From positions 1 through 59,782 of IMG/VR virus record IMGVR_UViG_3300031999_000023: a DNA stretch of 59,782 nucleotides. The stretch is one strand, 5' to 3'. Source of the DNA: a virus (taxonomy: Duplodnaviria > Caudoviricetes). Positions 9,524-19,502 of this stretch are shown one piece after another. The notes beneath the pieces were generated by a model. That model was not told the DNA's origin. It did not search any database and was given only the letters and a program-made list of their open reading frames with translations. The position numbers and the translations under genes are program-made. The stretch's first letter is position 1; each line of letters opens with the position of its first letter.

Positions 9524-10582
9524 TTACCCTACTTTACTTTTGACGAGTTCGTGCAGTTCGTTTACTGCGTTTACGAGCAGGGCCGCTATAGCATCTAATT
9601 TGACAAATTTAATACCATCCCGCTCAATCACCCCCTCCGGTAAGACGGACTCCAAATCCTGCGCCATAACACCTGCGTCTCTTTCGTTGGAAGGCCGGAA
9701 AGTATAATTGTAAGTTTTGCCCTTCAAACTCTCCAACTTCTTCAGCGCATCTTTAATTGGAACGATGTTTTCCTTAACACGTTCATCGCAAGCAACCGCT
9801 GCTCCAATACCAGCTCCTATTGCGGGAGCAAACTGCTGAAATATGCTCGGCGTCATCATACCTGGATTATACATAGACGTTGTTTCTCCGAGCAGGTTTC
9901 CGGCGGCTCCGTATTTAGCCTGTAAATCGGTCATTATCTTTTGAAATTCAGCATCGGATTTTGCCTGTTCGATAGTTCTCGGCAGCGAACCGTAAGATGT
10001 GGCCGCTCCTATCTTGTTCATTGCCGATGATTCCCCGCCGCTGACAAGAGAGTTTATCAGGTTGGCGGCCGTAAGCTGATTGCCGCGCACCTGCGACAGG
10101 TAAGGCGCCAGTGCCGCTACCATTGAAGTCTGGCCTCTTGCAAGCTCGCGGCCCACGGCAGAGCCCTGCGGGCCGGAAGTGCCCATGCCCGCCAACTGCG
10201 TGCGCCTCATTGCGGAATTGACGAGATTCCCGGTTTCGTTTTCTATCGAACTCATCAAAGCCTTTATCTCCGGCAACTGAGTTACATCGACGGGCTGGTC
10301 CAAAAGTCCCGTTAGAAAACTTAAAGCCGACTGCCTTTCGGTCGAAGCAGGCTGGCCGAGAAATTGATTGAGCAGCTCCATTCCTTTTGTCTCGGCACCG
10401 GACATGCCGGCAATAGTTCTCGTAGGAGAGGTGTTGCCCTGCATCACAGTCATATAATAGTTTCTTGCCGCATCCTGCTCCGACGTTGAGGGTATTGACT
10501 TAAAACCTTCACCTTCAATTTTACTTCCAAATATTTCATCGGGGTATAAAACTGAAGTTATATCATCTAAACCGAATCCCAT
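9524..10582 (-). CDS. Ejection-type protein with C-terminal peptidase S74 (intramolecular chaperone) domain
   Basis: G/A/S/Q-rich helical N-terminal part; C-terminal CDERVKENI...GVMAQDLESVLPEGV...LLVNAVNEL. Confidence 0.75.
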   Translation of the reverse strand: MGFGLDDITSVLYPDEIFGSKIEGEGFKSIPSTSEQDAARNYYMTVMQGNTSPTRTIAGMSGAETKGMELLNQFLGQPASTERQSALSFLTGLLDQPVDVTQLPEIKALMSSIENETGNLVNSAMRRTQLAGMGTSGPQGSAVGRELARGQTSMVAALAPYLSQVRGNQLTAANLINSLVSGGESSAMNKIGAATSYGSLPRTIEQAKSDAEFQKIMTDLQAKYGAAGNLLGETTSMYNPGMMTPSIFQQFAPAIGAGIGAAVACDERVKENIVPIKDALKKLESLKGKTYNYTFRPSNERDAGVMAQDLESVLPEGVIERDGIKFVKLDAIAALLVNAVNELHELVKSKVG

Positions 10583-10690
10583 TGTGTTACCTCACTTTCT
10601 TTCTGCACCTTTCGCATTTCCACACTTTATTCCTTTACGGGTAAGCCCAGATACGTTTTAACCGTTCTATAATTACAATTGCAAATCTTT

Positions 10691-11710
10691 TTATAACTCA
10701 CCTATCATGATAACTTGGCCGCCTGAGACGCCGGGTATTACTATTCCACCCATCAAATACAAATCAAAAGATGTGAGTGTGGGAGCTGACCTGCCTCTTG
10801 TGACACTTACCGTCCATCCCCTTTTTATTAATATCGCTTTACTTATTAAACCGTTGATTGTTGGTGGGGCGTTAGTACCGCCGACATCGAGTGCATTAGT
10901 TAGTGACTGGCTTATTACGCAATCGTTCAGGACATTATCAACCTGGTCACAAGTCAACTCGCAATTATCAAAGTCAACTTTAGTGAGAGTGGTTGTTAAA
11001 TAAGTGAAAGCACCACGACATCTCTTTCGGCTAAGATTGGAAGAATCATACCTTATATTTGTTGAATAGACATATAAATTAACCAGGCTTGCCGGAAGTA
11101 CCCAGCTGGAGATGTCACCGGAAACACTGGTTCCATAGACATAGAAAGTAACCAGGCTTGCTGGAAGTATCCAGCCAGATATGTCACCGGAAACACTGGT
11201 ATTATCGAGACGGAAAGTAACCAGGTCCGCTGGAAGTACCCAACCAGATATGTCACCGGAAACACCGTTAGTATTGACATAGAAAATAGTCAGGACTGCT
11301 GGAAGTACCCAGCCTGATATGTCGCCAGAAACACTGGTTGAATTGACAGAGAAATAAGTCAGGCTTGCCGGAAGTACCAAGCCGGAGATGTCACCGGAAA
11401 CTTTATCAGCATTTATATCTATTTTAGTAATGGCATCCCAGGCACTGCAAACGTACTGTAGTTTCTCGCCCACAGCAAGGGCAATGCTATCCTCGACGTT
11501 GGTAGTCAGGTCTTTTACATAGACATCTTCTACGTAGACCTTGACAGTTCCGCTTGGGAATACAAATAAAGGTGTAACCGTCGATACACCAGTCGCTCCA
11601 TATAATGTAATAGTCGTATCAACTGCTCGAAGTTGTGGACAGAAACAAAAATAACTTAACCCAATTAAAGCAGTTAGAATCCAATGAAATTTTAATTGTT
11701 TTTTTACCAT
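10691..11710 (-). CDS. Exported leucine-rich-repeat protein
   Basis: N-terminal signal-like segment; about 5 tandem 23-aa repeats VSGDISGWVLPASLxxFxVxxT. Confidence 0.75.
   Translation of the reverse strand: MVKKQLKFHWILTALIGLSYFCFCPQLRAVDTTITLYGATGVSTVTPLFVFPSGTVKVYVEDVYVKDLTTNVEDSIALAVGEKLQYVCSAWDAITKIDINADKVSGDISGLVLPASLTYFSVNSTSVSGDISGWVLPAVLTIFYVNTNGVSGDISGWVLPADLVTFRLDNTSVSGDISGWILPASLVTFYVYGTSVSGDISSWVLPASLVNLYVYSTNIRYDSSNLSRKRCRGAFTYLTTTLTKVDFDNCELTCDQVDNVLNDCVISQSLTNALDVGGTNAPPTINGLISKAILIKRGWTVSVTRGRSAPTLTSFDLYLMGGIVIPGVSGGQVIMIGEL
11060..11405 (-). repeat. 69-bp coding tandem repeats (LRR units)
   Basis: Recurring ATGTCACCGGAAACAC and GGAAGTACC at 69-nt period. Confidence 0.85.
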
Positions 11711-11720
11711 TTGATAATCT

Positions 11721-12704
11721 TTACAAACCTGTTACTTTGGTTACACGAACACGGGCGATTACAGTTGACGCCGTACCGTCGTCATCGTAAAAGTTATTAA
11801 AGATCACCTGAACCTGACTGGCCGTTATAGGAATATCCATCGCCCACGTATCAACGGCACTGGTTCCGGTGGCATCGACCGTATAGACATCCGTATCCAC
11901 AGTCAATGCGTGCTCGATACCGGCAATACCCGTAATCGTATCACCGGCGTCGCCACTGTTATCGATTTGATATACAATCTCACAGTTGGCAACATTGGCG
12001 TCATCGACCGGGTAGAGAAAAACCAATTTACCGTCGTGATCCAACTTTCCCGTTGCCGGGTCCGTCACATCAAGAACGGTTTGCCCTATCGCTTCATTGG
12101 CTTTGACATCGGATTTAACCGCCGTATTCGGTGTACTAAGCAAACGAGCATATTCAGACCATGAATCATCGACACCCGATTCGCTTGCAGTCATAATGAT
12201 GATTTCAGTACCTTCATGCGCCGTTGTGCTCGCCAGGCAAACATCGATATGAAGTGTTGCGGCATAACACGCGCTCACATTGATAGACCCCGTACTCTTG
12301 ATACCGGCGCTATCACCAGTAGCCGTTATCTTCGTCCATTCCATTGCCTGCGTGTTCTCAGTCTTTGTAAGAGCCGCCTGAGATATGCAGGGCCATAACA
12401 TGAACAGAAGAAAAATCAACAGTATCAAACCGGCGTCAATCTGAGTGCGCATTGTTTCATAGGCTGCCGAGACAAATTTAGCCCGCCGTTTCTTGTAATT
12501 ATCGATGGCCTCCTGTGCCTGATTGCCAATGGAAATTTTCACCGGTGCAGTCGCGTCCCCGCCCGTGAAATTCTCCATGAAGTCCTGGTCGATAACCGTC
12601 TGAGGGCCTACACCTAAATCGGCTCGATCGTCATCGGTGACTTTCACATGAACACCGACCATATTCTCGCTTGGAAATGCTTTTGTTACTGTTTTTGATA
12701 ACAT
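11721..12704 (-). CDS. Putative virion-associated protein with internal signal/TM segment
   Basis: About 90-aa soluble N-terminal domain, then LILLIFLLFMLWPCISQA, then a beta-rich acidic domain. Confidence 0.55.
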   Translation of the reverse strand: MLSKTVTKAFPSENMVGVHVKVTDDDRADLGVGPQTVIDQDFMENFTGGDATAPVKISIGNQAQEAIDNYKKRRAKFVSAAYETMRTQIDAGLILLIFLLFMLWPCISQAALTKTENTQAMEWTKITATGDSAGIKSTGSINVSACYAATLHIDVCLASTTAHEGTEIIIMTASESGVDDSWSEYARLLSTPNTAVKSDVKANEAIGQTVLDVTDPATGKLDHDGKLVFLYPVDDANVANCEIVYQIDNSGDAGDTITGIAGIEHALTVDTDVYTVDATGTSAVDTWAMDIPITASQVQVIFNNFYDDDGTASTVIARVRVTKVTGL

Positions 12705-12715
12705 TATTTTTCTCC

Positions 12716-14590
12716 TTAATCAACATTTGATAAAAAGTATCCACAAATTGAAACTTTGACCCAACTGGGATCGTCGGTATCGTCAAAGTCGAGGAATATC
12801 ATCCTGTTCGCCGCTATTGTTGCCGCAGTGATAGTAGTTTCCGTCACTGTATATGGCCCAGCCCCGGTTGCAATTTCAAGAGCATCTACAGTGGCATTAT
12901 TTCCGGCCCCGTCAGCATCGACAACTTCCACATTTAATGTCGTATCGTCAGTGCTTGACCATGCCTCAATCTTCGTAATTACAAACGACATGCCCGTTTC
13001 GTTCGACCATATTGGAAGGGCGTCGCGGGTAGCATCGGCAAGATCGTTTGGTTTTATAATCGTGCATTGGATAGATTTTTGCTGTTGTGCCAGGGCTATT
13101 TGTAAAGGTGTGTTCCCGCCGTCGATGGAACGCAAAACAACATCGTTAGGCTCATTGCCGCCGTCTGTATCGACCGATAGCTCACCCATAGCATCAACGT
13201 CGGGGTCGGCACTTGCAACCGGCATGACGGCCTCAGTGACAATACGGGTAACATCCGCCAAATGACCGGTTAGCTCGGAAAGAGAATCGACCTCGGCGGT
13301 AGCACCGCCCGTTATAGCCACAAGGCCGGTATAAGCCGAGATATTGGCTTCAAGTCCACCGTATTCATGCTCGATAGTCCCCGCGCCAAAGAATGCCGTC
13401 GCCGAGTCTCCGGTAGTAGCAACTGTGTTGTCGCCGGTGTTCGCACCTGAAACCGAAACCGCTCCAGCGCCAATGGTTAAAACGGAGTTGTTCGCGGCGG
13501 CCGCTGTAAGTGTAAGGGTTCCCGTATTGACCGTCAGCGCTGTAGTGAGCGTTGCATTAGTTACTCCACTTGCCGTAGTGGCTGTATCTGCATTGCCAGT
13601 CAACGCCCCGGTTATATCCGCATCTATCGTTATCGCTCCGAAGTCGAATTTGGTAATTCCTGTAGTCGTGGAGACGACCGCCGTGTTTTCAGTATCGTCG
13701 ATATTGATTGTGAATGACTCATCGAAACCGTCGCCTTTGCCTAAGAATGTTATATCACCGTCGCTGCCGGTTATCAAAACGCCGGCGGCGGCGAGAAGAA
13801 TATCATCATCGAAGGTAGGACTATTACTGAAAACGATAGAACCCGCCGTGCCTGTTTCATCATCAATAATCGCCGCCAATTCAGATGAAGCGTCCATCTC
13901 ATCATTATTCAGGATGGCAACTCCGCCTTCCTGCAATGCTCCCGTCGAGATATTGACTACCCCGTTACCAAATGTGATTGCCGGATCGCCCGCCGAAAGG
14001 TTCCACGACCATATAACCGATCCCTCGCCGCCATCGTCCCAGGTAGTACCGCCTGTAATCTCGGTCGGATCGACTGCTAAAGTAATCGCTCCCGCCGCGT
14101 TAGTTACGTCAATAGCCAGTCCTTCTGTCAGTGTCGCCAATACCGGGTCAGTCGCACCATCGCCGATGGGTATCTGGCCATTCGTTGCCACACCTAATGC
14201 GTGAATAGCCGAAGCACCAGTACCTAAAAGTATGCCGCCATCCGTCAATGTGGAAGCACCCGTCCCTCCTTCCGTTACGGCCAAGTCCGTTGTCAGAGTG
14301 AGGGCTTGCAGACCGATAGAGCCACTATTAAATGTAATTGTAGGGTCTGTTCCGGTGTCCCTGTTCCACGTCCAGACAATAACATCCGTCGAGGCGTCTC
14401 CCCATGTACGACTGCCAAAAAGCTCGGTTATATCAAAACTGATTGTCATATCCGTTCCTGCCCCGGCACTCGATAAGTCTATTGCCAGACCCTCAGTAGC
14501 CGTCAGGTCGGCGTAAACCTTGATACTGAACATCAGAATTATCAGAACCAAAACAATGAATGGGTTTTTATGCTGTTTTATGAATCTCAT
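12716..14590 (-). CDS. Tail fibre-like protein with signal peptide
   Basis: G/T/A/D-rich with a GGTGASTLTDGGILLG fibre module; N-terminus MRFIKQHKNPFIVLVLIILMFSIKVYA. Confidence 0.7.
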   Translation of the reverse strand: MRFIKQHKNPFIVLVLIILMFSIKVYADLTATEGLAIDLSSAGAGTDMTISFDITELFGSRTWGDASTDVIVWTWNRDTGTDPTITFNSGSIGLQALTLTTDLAVTEGGTGASTLTDGGILLGTGASAIHALGVATNGQIPIGDGATDPVLATLTEGLAIDVTNAAGAITLAVDPTEITGGTTWDDGGEGSVIWSWNLSAGDPAITFGNGVVNISTGALQEGGVAILNNDEMDASSELAAIIDDETGTAGSIVFSNSPTFDDDILLAAAGVLITGSDGDITFLGKGDGFDESFTINIDDTENTAVVSTTTGITKFDFGAITIDADITGALTGNADTATTASGVTNATLTTALTVNTGTLTLTAAAANNSVLTIGAGAVSVSGANTGDNTVATTGDSATAFFGAGTIEHEYGGLEANISAYTGLVAITGGATAEVDSLSELTGHLADVTRIVTEAVMPVASADPDVDAMGELSVDTDGGNEPNDVVLRSIDGGNTPLQIALAQQQKSIQCTIIKPNDLADATRDALPIWSNETGMSFVITKIEAWSSTDDTTLNVEVVDADGAGNNATVDALEIATGAGPYTVTETTITAATIAANRMIFLDFDDTDDPSWVKVSICGYFLSNVD

Positions 14591-14599
14591 TTTTACTCC

Positions 14600-17542
14600 T
14601 TATGGATATACAACCTGTTCGGCTGCATAAATCACGTTTTCTCCCGCGTAAGTAACATTCTCCTGTGGAAGTCCCCATGAAGTAAGAGCAGACCTTTTCC
14701 ACGTATTATCCGCCACGCAGACATAGACATAACCGGAATCCCAGGCAATATCGCCTTGTGTACCAGCGGCGGCAGCACTCGCCGGTGTCTGCGCCGTCGC
14801 TATATTGATTTCATTGCCTGTCAACGTAGTTTTAACAAACGTCGGAGAATCGCCCGTGCCAAGCCCTAAAGATGTTCGTGCCGTATTCCCGGATTCGGCA
14901 ACGGGATCGGTTGTGCCGTCCCCTACGATAAATTCGCCATCCGCTAAAACCGCCATCGGCGTAAAGGCGGATGTGCCGGATCCGAGCAATACCCCGCCAT
15001 CGGTAAATGTCGCCGCTCCCGTTCCACCCTTGCCGACAATTACGGGATCGACAATGCCGATAGTAATCGTACCGTCGCCATCGTCGGCAATATCCGTCTC
15101 ATCCGCAACGCCAGTTACCCATAAATTCAAGTTTGTGGACGCCAGAACCTTGCTCGCGTTAGTGGAAACAAGACGTGATGCCGTGAGGTCGTTGATTGTC
15201 AAGTCATCAACGGTCAGACTATTGACATCGACATCCTGCGGCATATTCACATCGGCGTTGATAATCAGCCATTGGTCGTTCGGGTCTTCGGCGAAGTAGC
15301 CGTACATCATGCCGTGGCCCTTCTCGCCCAAGTAAGTGCCCCTGTCCAGATTGTCCAGGAAGAACCTGTTCGGATCGGTAGTATTGTGCGCGCCCGAGTA
15401 CGTGCCCAGGTAAAGGCCGTCGTCGGCGCCTCCTGTTACAAGTGTTGCCGCGTAAGCGCCTAAAGCCGTGACACGATGGACATCTGGCCCCCCCGGAACC
15501 TCTAATACACCGTTGAAAACTACATCGCCCTGCAAAAAACTACTACCTGCAGGTGAAGACCACGTTGCTAACATCGCACCCGCCATATTGTTAATTTTAG
15601 TTATATAATTACCGTCCGTATCATAATAATATAAAATATCTATCTGGCCACCCGTTGAATCCTGGTTTACAACAACCAGATTATTCCAAAGGTCAAAATA
15701 CAAACCAGTGCCATAGGCAGGCCCGGCAAAAGAAAGAATGCTATTCAGAGTTGTACCATCCCATTGTAGTTTATATATTGTGCTTGCAGCAGCTTGTGGT
15801 ACAATCACATAGATATAACCATCATAAATGGCAATATTGCCAGTACCAACATCTCTTGTATAAGTCATTCCTGATTTAGTATAAAGGTCGCCAAGGCGCA
15901 CAGTCGCACCTTTGCTGTTATCCAGTGTTCTGACACCCAGATTATACATAGTTGCTTTGGTGGCCTCACTTGCAGTTGCCAGACAAGCCATGTAACCACC
16001 GCCGATGACAATATCTAAATCATCATCAACGATAACATCATAAACTAAACCACCGAGTACTGTTGGATATAAAGTAGGTATACCCATCGAAGTTAAAACT
16101 GTAGCCGTTCCATCGGCGGCATCCAATTTAGTTATACTGCCCGGACTACCTTTACTTACGTAAAGATTATCATCTGCATCAATAGCAATTTCGTAATCGA
16201 CCGAATTTCCTGTTACTGTCCATTCACTAATACCTGTTGCCAAATCAAATTTGATAATAGTAGTACCGGTACTGAGAAAATATAAATATTTGTCATCGGG
16301 TGTAATAATTAAAGATAAACAATTAACACTTGTTATCGGCCAAGTCAGAGAATCATATACAAGAGTACCATCCGGTTTAATTTTTATAATACTTGTGCCA
16401 TTCACTTTGTCCCAGTCTATGCCATAATAAATATTACCGGTTGAATCCATAGCCATACGTCCACAACCGGAATGAGAATCTGTAATCTGTTTAATAATTG
16501 TTTCAGTCCCATCGAACGTCTCCGCAACATAAGCCGCCGTAATTTGTAATTCATCCTCTGTTGTACCGGCCAGTAAAACTTCGTCTGCGTTATAATTTCC
16601 CGTGCCCGATATATCAACAGTATCACCCACCAAAAAAGGATGATCGGCAAATGGAAGTCCGACAACGCCGCCGCCAACATTTCTCGCCACTCCGCCAACA
16701 TCTAAAGAAGTTATCGTACCATCGTTTAGAGGAACACCATAAATATATTGAGACTCACTGAAATAAGTCATTGTGTAGGTTCCTACTACATCAGGTATAA
16801 GCGTAGCGTTTCCCCCGATAACCTTATATCCCCACCCGGTATTATCGTTGGAATCGATGAGATACGTCCCTGCGTCCTTGCCGCCAAGAGTGTTTTCGTA
16901 GCCCTCATCGAGCGCATCTCCGGCCCCGTGGCCTATTCTTACATTGTTCGGTCCCGTCGTAACATCGTCGCTGCCCATGCCTATCGTGGTGTTGAAAAGA
17001 GTCGGGTGGAAGTCCAGAAGCGTATAGACCTGGATATAATTATTCGCATACGTACCCTCGGCGATATTGTCGAGCCCGACGCCAAAGGCCGTGTTGGGCT
17101 CGTAGTACGTGAAGTTGTTGGGATCGTCCGTAAGAGGGTAGCCGTTGGCATCAACAAAGATTACGCACCACGGCGTCTTTGTCGGAAATGTGAACTCATT
17201 GCCGTCGTGAACGATCCAGTTGGCATCAAAAGTATCCCATCTCAACTGTGCATTTTGGATCCCTTCCGTAGTTAATACCGAATTAGGATCGCCCCAGTTT
17301 ACCGGCAATCTCATATAGTACGTGACATTCATCGACTCCGAGGCGCGAAAACTTACAGTATTGGCATCATTGCCATCGTCAACGTAAACGGTATCGAGGT
17401 TGTAAAATACCAATTCTTTCTCATCATCAGATAAAAGTATATTACCCTTTTTATTCTCGTAATCTCCGCGAATCTTGTAAGAGCCGTGACCATAAACTAT
17501 GGTCGCTATGGAAAGTAGAATTATTATAGCTTTTTTAATCAT
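14600..17542 (-). CDS. Tail fibre/receptor-binding protein with beta-propeller-like insert and signal peptide
   Basis: Starts MIKKAIIILLSIATIVYG; AT-rich central propeller-like module; GGTGAATFTDGGVLLG module; C-terminal GTQGDIAWDSGYVYVC. Confidence 0.72.
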   Translation of the reverse strand: MIKKAIIILLSIATIVYGHGSYKIRGDYENKKGNILLSDDEKELVFYNLDTVYVDDGNDANTVSFRASESMNVTYYMRLPVNWGDPNSVLTTEGIQNAQLRWDTFDANWIVHDGNEFTFPTKTPWCVIFVDANGYPLTDDPNNFTYYEPNTAFGVGLDNIAEGTYANNYIQVYTLLDFHPTLFNTTIGMGSDDVTTGPNNVRIGHGAGDALDEGYENTLGGKDAGTYLIDSNDNTGWGYKVIGGNATLIPDVVGTYTMTYFSESQYIYGVPLNDGTITSLDVGGVARNVGGGVVGLPFADHPFLVGDTVDISGTGNYNADEVLLAGTTEDELQITAAYVAETFDGTETIIKQITDSHSGCGRMAMDSTGNIYYGIDWDKVNGTSIIKIKPDGTLVYDSLTWPITSVNCLSLIITPDDKYLYFLSTGTTIIKFDLATGISEWTVTGNSVDYEIAIDADDNLYVSKGSPGSITKLDAADGTATVLTSMGIPTLYPTVLGGLVYDVIVDDDLDIVIGGGYMACLATASEATKATMYNLGVRTLDNSKGATVRLGDLYTKSGMTYTRDVGTGNIAIYDGYIYVIVPQAAASTIYKLQWDGTTLNSILSFAGPAYGTGLYFDLWNNLVVVNQDSTGGQIDILYYYDTDGNYITKINNMAGAMLATWSSPAGSSFLQGDVVFNGVLEVPGGPDVHRVTALGAYAATLVTGGADDGLYLGTYSGAHNTTDPNRFFLDNLDRGTYLGEKGHGMMYGYFAEDPNDQWLIINADVNMPQDVDVNSLTVDDLTINDLTASRLVSTNASKVLASTNLNLWVTGVADETDIADDGDGTITIGIVDPVIVGKGGTGAATFTDGGVLLGSGTSAFTPMAVLADGEFIVGDGTTDPVAESGNTARTSLGLGTGDSPTFVKTTLTGNEINIATAQTPASAAAAGTQGDIAWDSGYVYVCVADNTWKRSALTSWGLPQENVTYAGENVIYAAEQVVYP

Positions 17543-17543
17543 T

Positions 17544-17873
17544 TTACTCGGAGTCTCGAATCCCACCCCAAAATACATGCTGAGTAGTCCAATGAGAGTT
17601 ATTTTTCCAATCCGTGCCGGTTAGCTCCTGAATAACGAAGTTGACCGCAGCTCTCCTTTCCTTGCCCGGATGGTAGCCTACTTCAGGTCCTATCCGCCAG
17701 CGTTTCATGCCTGCCGAAAAGTAAAGCCATTCTTTGAACAGAATCGCATCGCTTATATTCCTGTACGCATCCTGCAAACGCCTGTTGTTCTCGTTGAGAA
17801 TCTGCTTTATCTCTTCGAGACCGTTGGCGTCCGAGAAACTCAGCAAGTCTAATTGTTTTGTCATTTTTGCCAT
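17544..17873 (-). CDS. Hypothetical tail-associated protein
   Basis: 109-aa ORF tightly packed after the nozzle gene. Confidence 0.55.
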   Translation of the reverse strand: MAKMTKQLDLLSFSDANGLEEIKQILNENNRRLQDAYRNISDAILFKEWLYFSAGMKRWRIGPEVGYHPGKERRAAVNFVIQELTGTDWKNNSHWTTQHVFWGGIRDSE

Positions 17874-17879
17874 AATAAA

Positions 17880-19496
17880 TCAACGATCACTGTCTGCCTC
17901 GTAATCGAACAGAATGCCTATAAAGTCGAACAGTACGGTAGATGTCCCCTTGATAAGGAAATGCCTCGCCCGAATATCCGGCGACAATTCGACAATCGTA
18001 AATTTGTTTGCGCTCTCAAGGGAAATATCGCCTAACGATTGCCAGTCGGCTTCGTTATCTTTTTTTGTGAACAGCGATATCACGCCTTCACTGCTTCTGC
18101 CTGCAATATATACGTATATTTTGCCGATTCTCTTGAAGTAACCTAAAGCCAGCCCATTCTCCATGTCACTTGAAATAACAAATTCCCGCGTTACGGAACT
18201 GCCTTTCTCGGTTTCCGAGGTATGAAGAATGTACGTATAGCCGGAGTAATCGCTGCATATATCGAGAGGGAAGCCCGCGATATTGCTCACGTAGTCGATA
18301 AAAGGAAGCTCGGCATCGAGTCCGTCGATAGTAGTCGAGAGGGCATCGAGCCCGTCGATAGTATAGGATTCCTGCCGGGTCCAGTCGCCGAACGCCCTTA
18401 TTGACCACGGGTATTCGTGCCAGATGTTGTAATCGAGATTGAGCGCTATGACCTTATCGTTGCCCGTCGAACTCAGGGAAGACGGTATCGACCACCATAT
18501 CTGGTTGTACGAATCTATGAACGCCGATTCGATGTGGTCCTGATACGTGACATTTAGGCCGCGAATGGTAACATCTTTCCCCATTGATATTATACCGCCC
18601 CTGAACTTCCTGACCGTGTAGTCCGAGGCGAAGTAGTAGAGATTGCCTTCCTTATCGTTGCAAACGGAATGAGTTGCCAGGAGTCCTACATTGCCGGCAA
18701 GCCTGTCGATATTCCAGACATCAAGGCTCTCGACAAGCCATTGCGCGTAAATACTTTCTCCCTTAAAAACGACAAGGTAATTCGTGCCGCCGTAGGAATA
18801 GTTGCCGAACCCCTTCAGAACGTCGGAGCCTACGGGAAAATCTTTGAAGTACGTATCTCCTTCGCCGTTAACGTTAAAACTGGAAACATCGTTATAATCC
18901 GACCATCTTTCACGGCGCGCGTGCAATTCCCCGTTTTCCGTAGTGGCGCCGAGTATGAGATAGCCCTCGCACGTCGCACAGTATCTCGCCTTCTGGAGTA
19001 AATTCGTTCCTGCGCCGTCGAGATCGATCCCGGCAGCCGAGCCCAGGGGCACGAATATCGTTCCGGGCGTAGTTTCGTCCCAGACCAGGACGAAGTCCAC
19101 GCCATTAGTGGCAATTATCTTGCCGTCGATAGATACAGTGTCCCACAACGTGCAGTCGCCGGTACAGGTCCAGAATGTGCTGTAGAGTTTGGTTGTTTCA
19201 TCCCACTTGTAGATATGGGCTTTTGTAAAGACAAATTCATACTCGATTTCGGCGGCGGAAACATGCCGCCAAATCCGTATTATCGGATTGCCGTCGGTAG
19301 TCTGTACTTTAGTTGGAACAGCATCGACAAAGGCCCCGGTATTTGCTCCCGGCATCGACCTTAGCAGGCCGCGCTGAAGGAAAACGCCCGAACTGCTCGG
19401 CATGAACGCGCTGGACATCTTGATATTCGGGACGTCCTCGCGATCTCCCATGAAGTCGGAAAGTATACCGTATTTTTGCTCTGTTACCTGTGGCAT
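17880..19496 (-). CDS. Tail nozzle/head-stabilisation protein (P22 gp10 / T7 gp12-like)
   Basis: 538-aa beta-propeller-like protein in the position typical of podoviruses, after the adaptor. Confidence 0.65.
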   Translation of the reverse strand: MPQVTEQKYGILSDFMGDREDVPNIKMSSAFMPSSSGVFLQRGLLRSMPGANTGAFVDAVPTKVQTTDGNPIIRIWRHVSAAEIEYEFVFTKAHIYKWDETTKLYSTFWTCTGDCTLWDTVSIDGKIIATNGVDFVLVWDETTPGTIFVPLGSAAGIDLDGAGTNLLQKARYCATCEGYLILGATTENGELHARRERWSDYNDVSSFNVNGEGDTYFKDFPVGSDVLKGFGNYSYGGTNYLVVFKGESIYAQWLVESLDVWNIDRLAGNVGLLATHSVCNDKEGNLYYFASDYTVRKFRGGIISMGKDVTIRGLNVTYQDHIESAFIDSYNQIWWSIPSSLSSTGNDKVIALNLDYNIWHEYPWSIRAFGDWTRQESYTIDGLDALSTTIDGLDAELPFIDYVSNIAGFPLDICSDYSGYTYILHTSETEKGSSVTREFVISSDMENGLALGYFKRIGKIYVYIAGRSSEGVISLFTKKDNEADWQSLGDISLESANKFTIVELSPDIRARHFLIKGTSTVLFDFIGILFDYEADSDR

Positions 19497-19502
19497 TGTT
19501 TA

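Noticed and set aside
10691-17542. Diversity-generating retroelement acting on fibre or LRR genes
   Set aside because: No reverse transcriptase ORF and no TR/VR pair differing only at adenines was seen.
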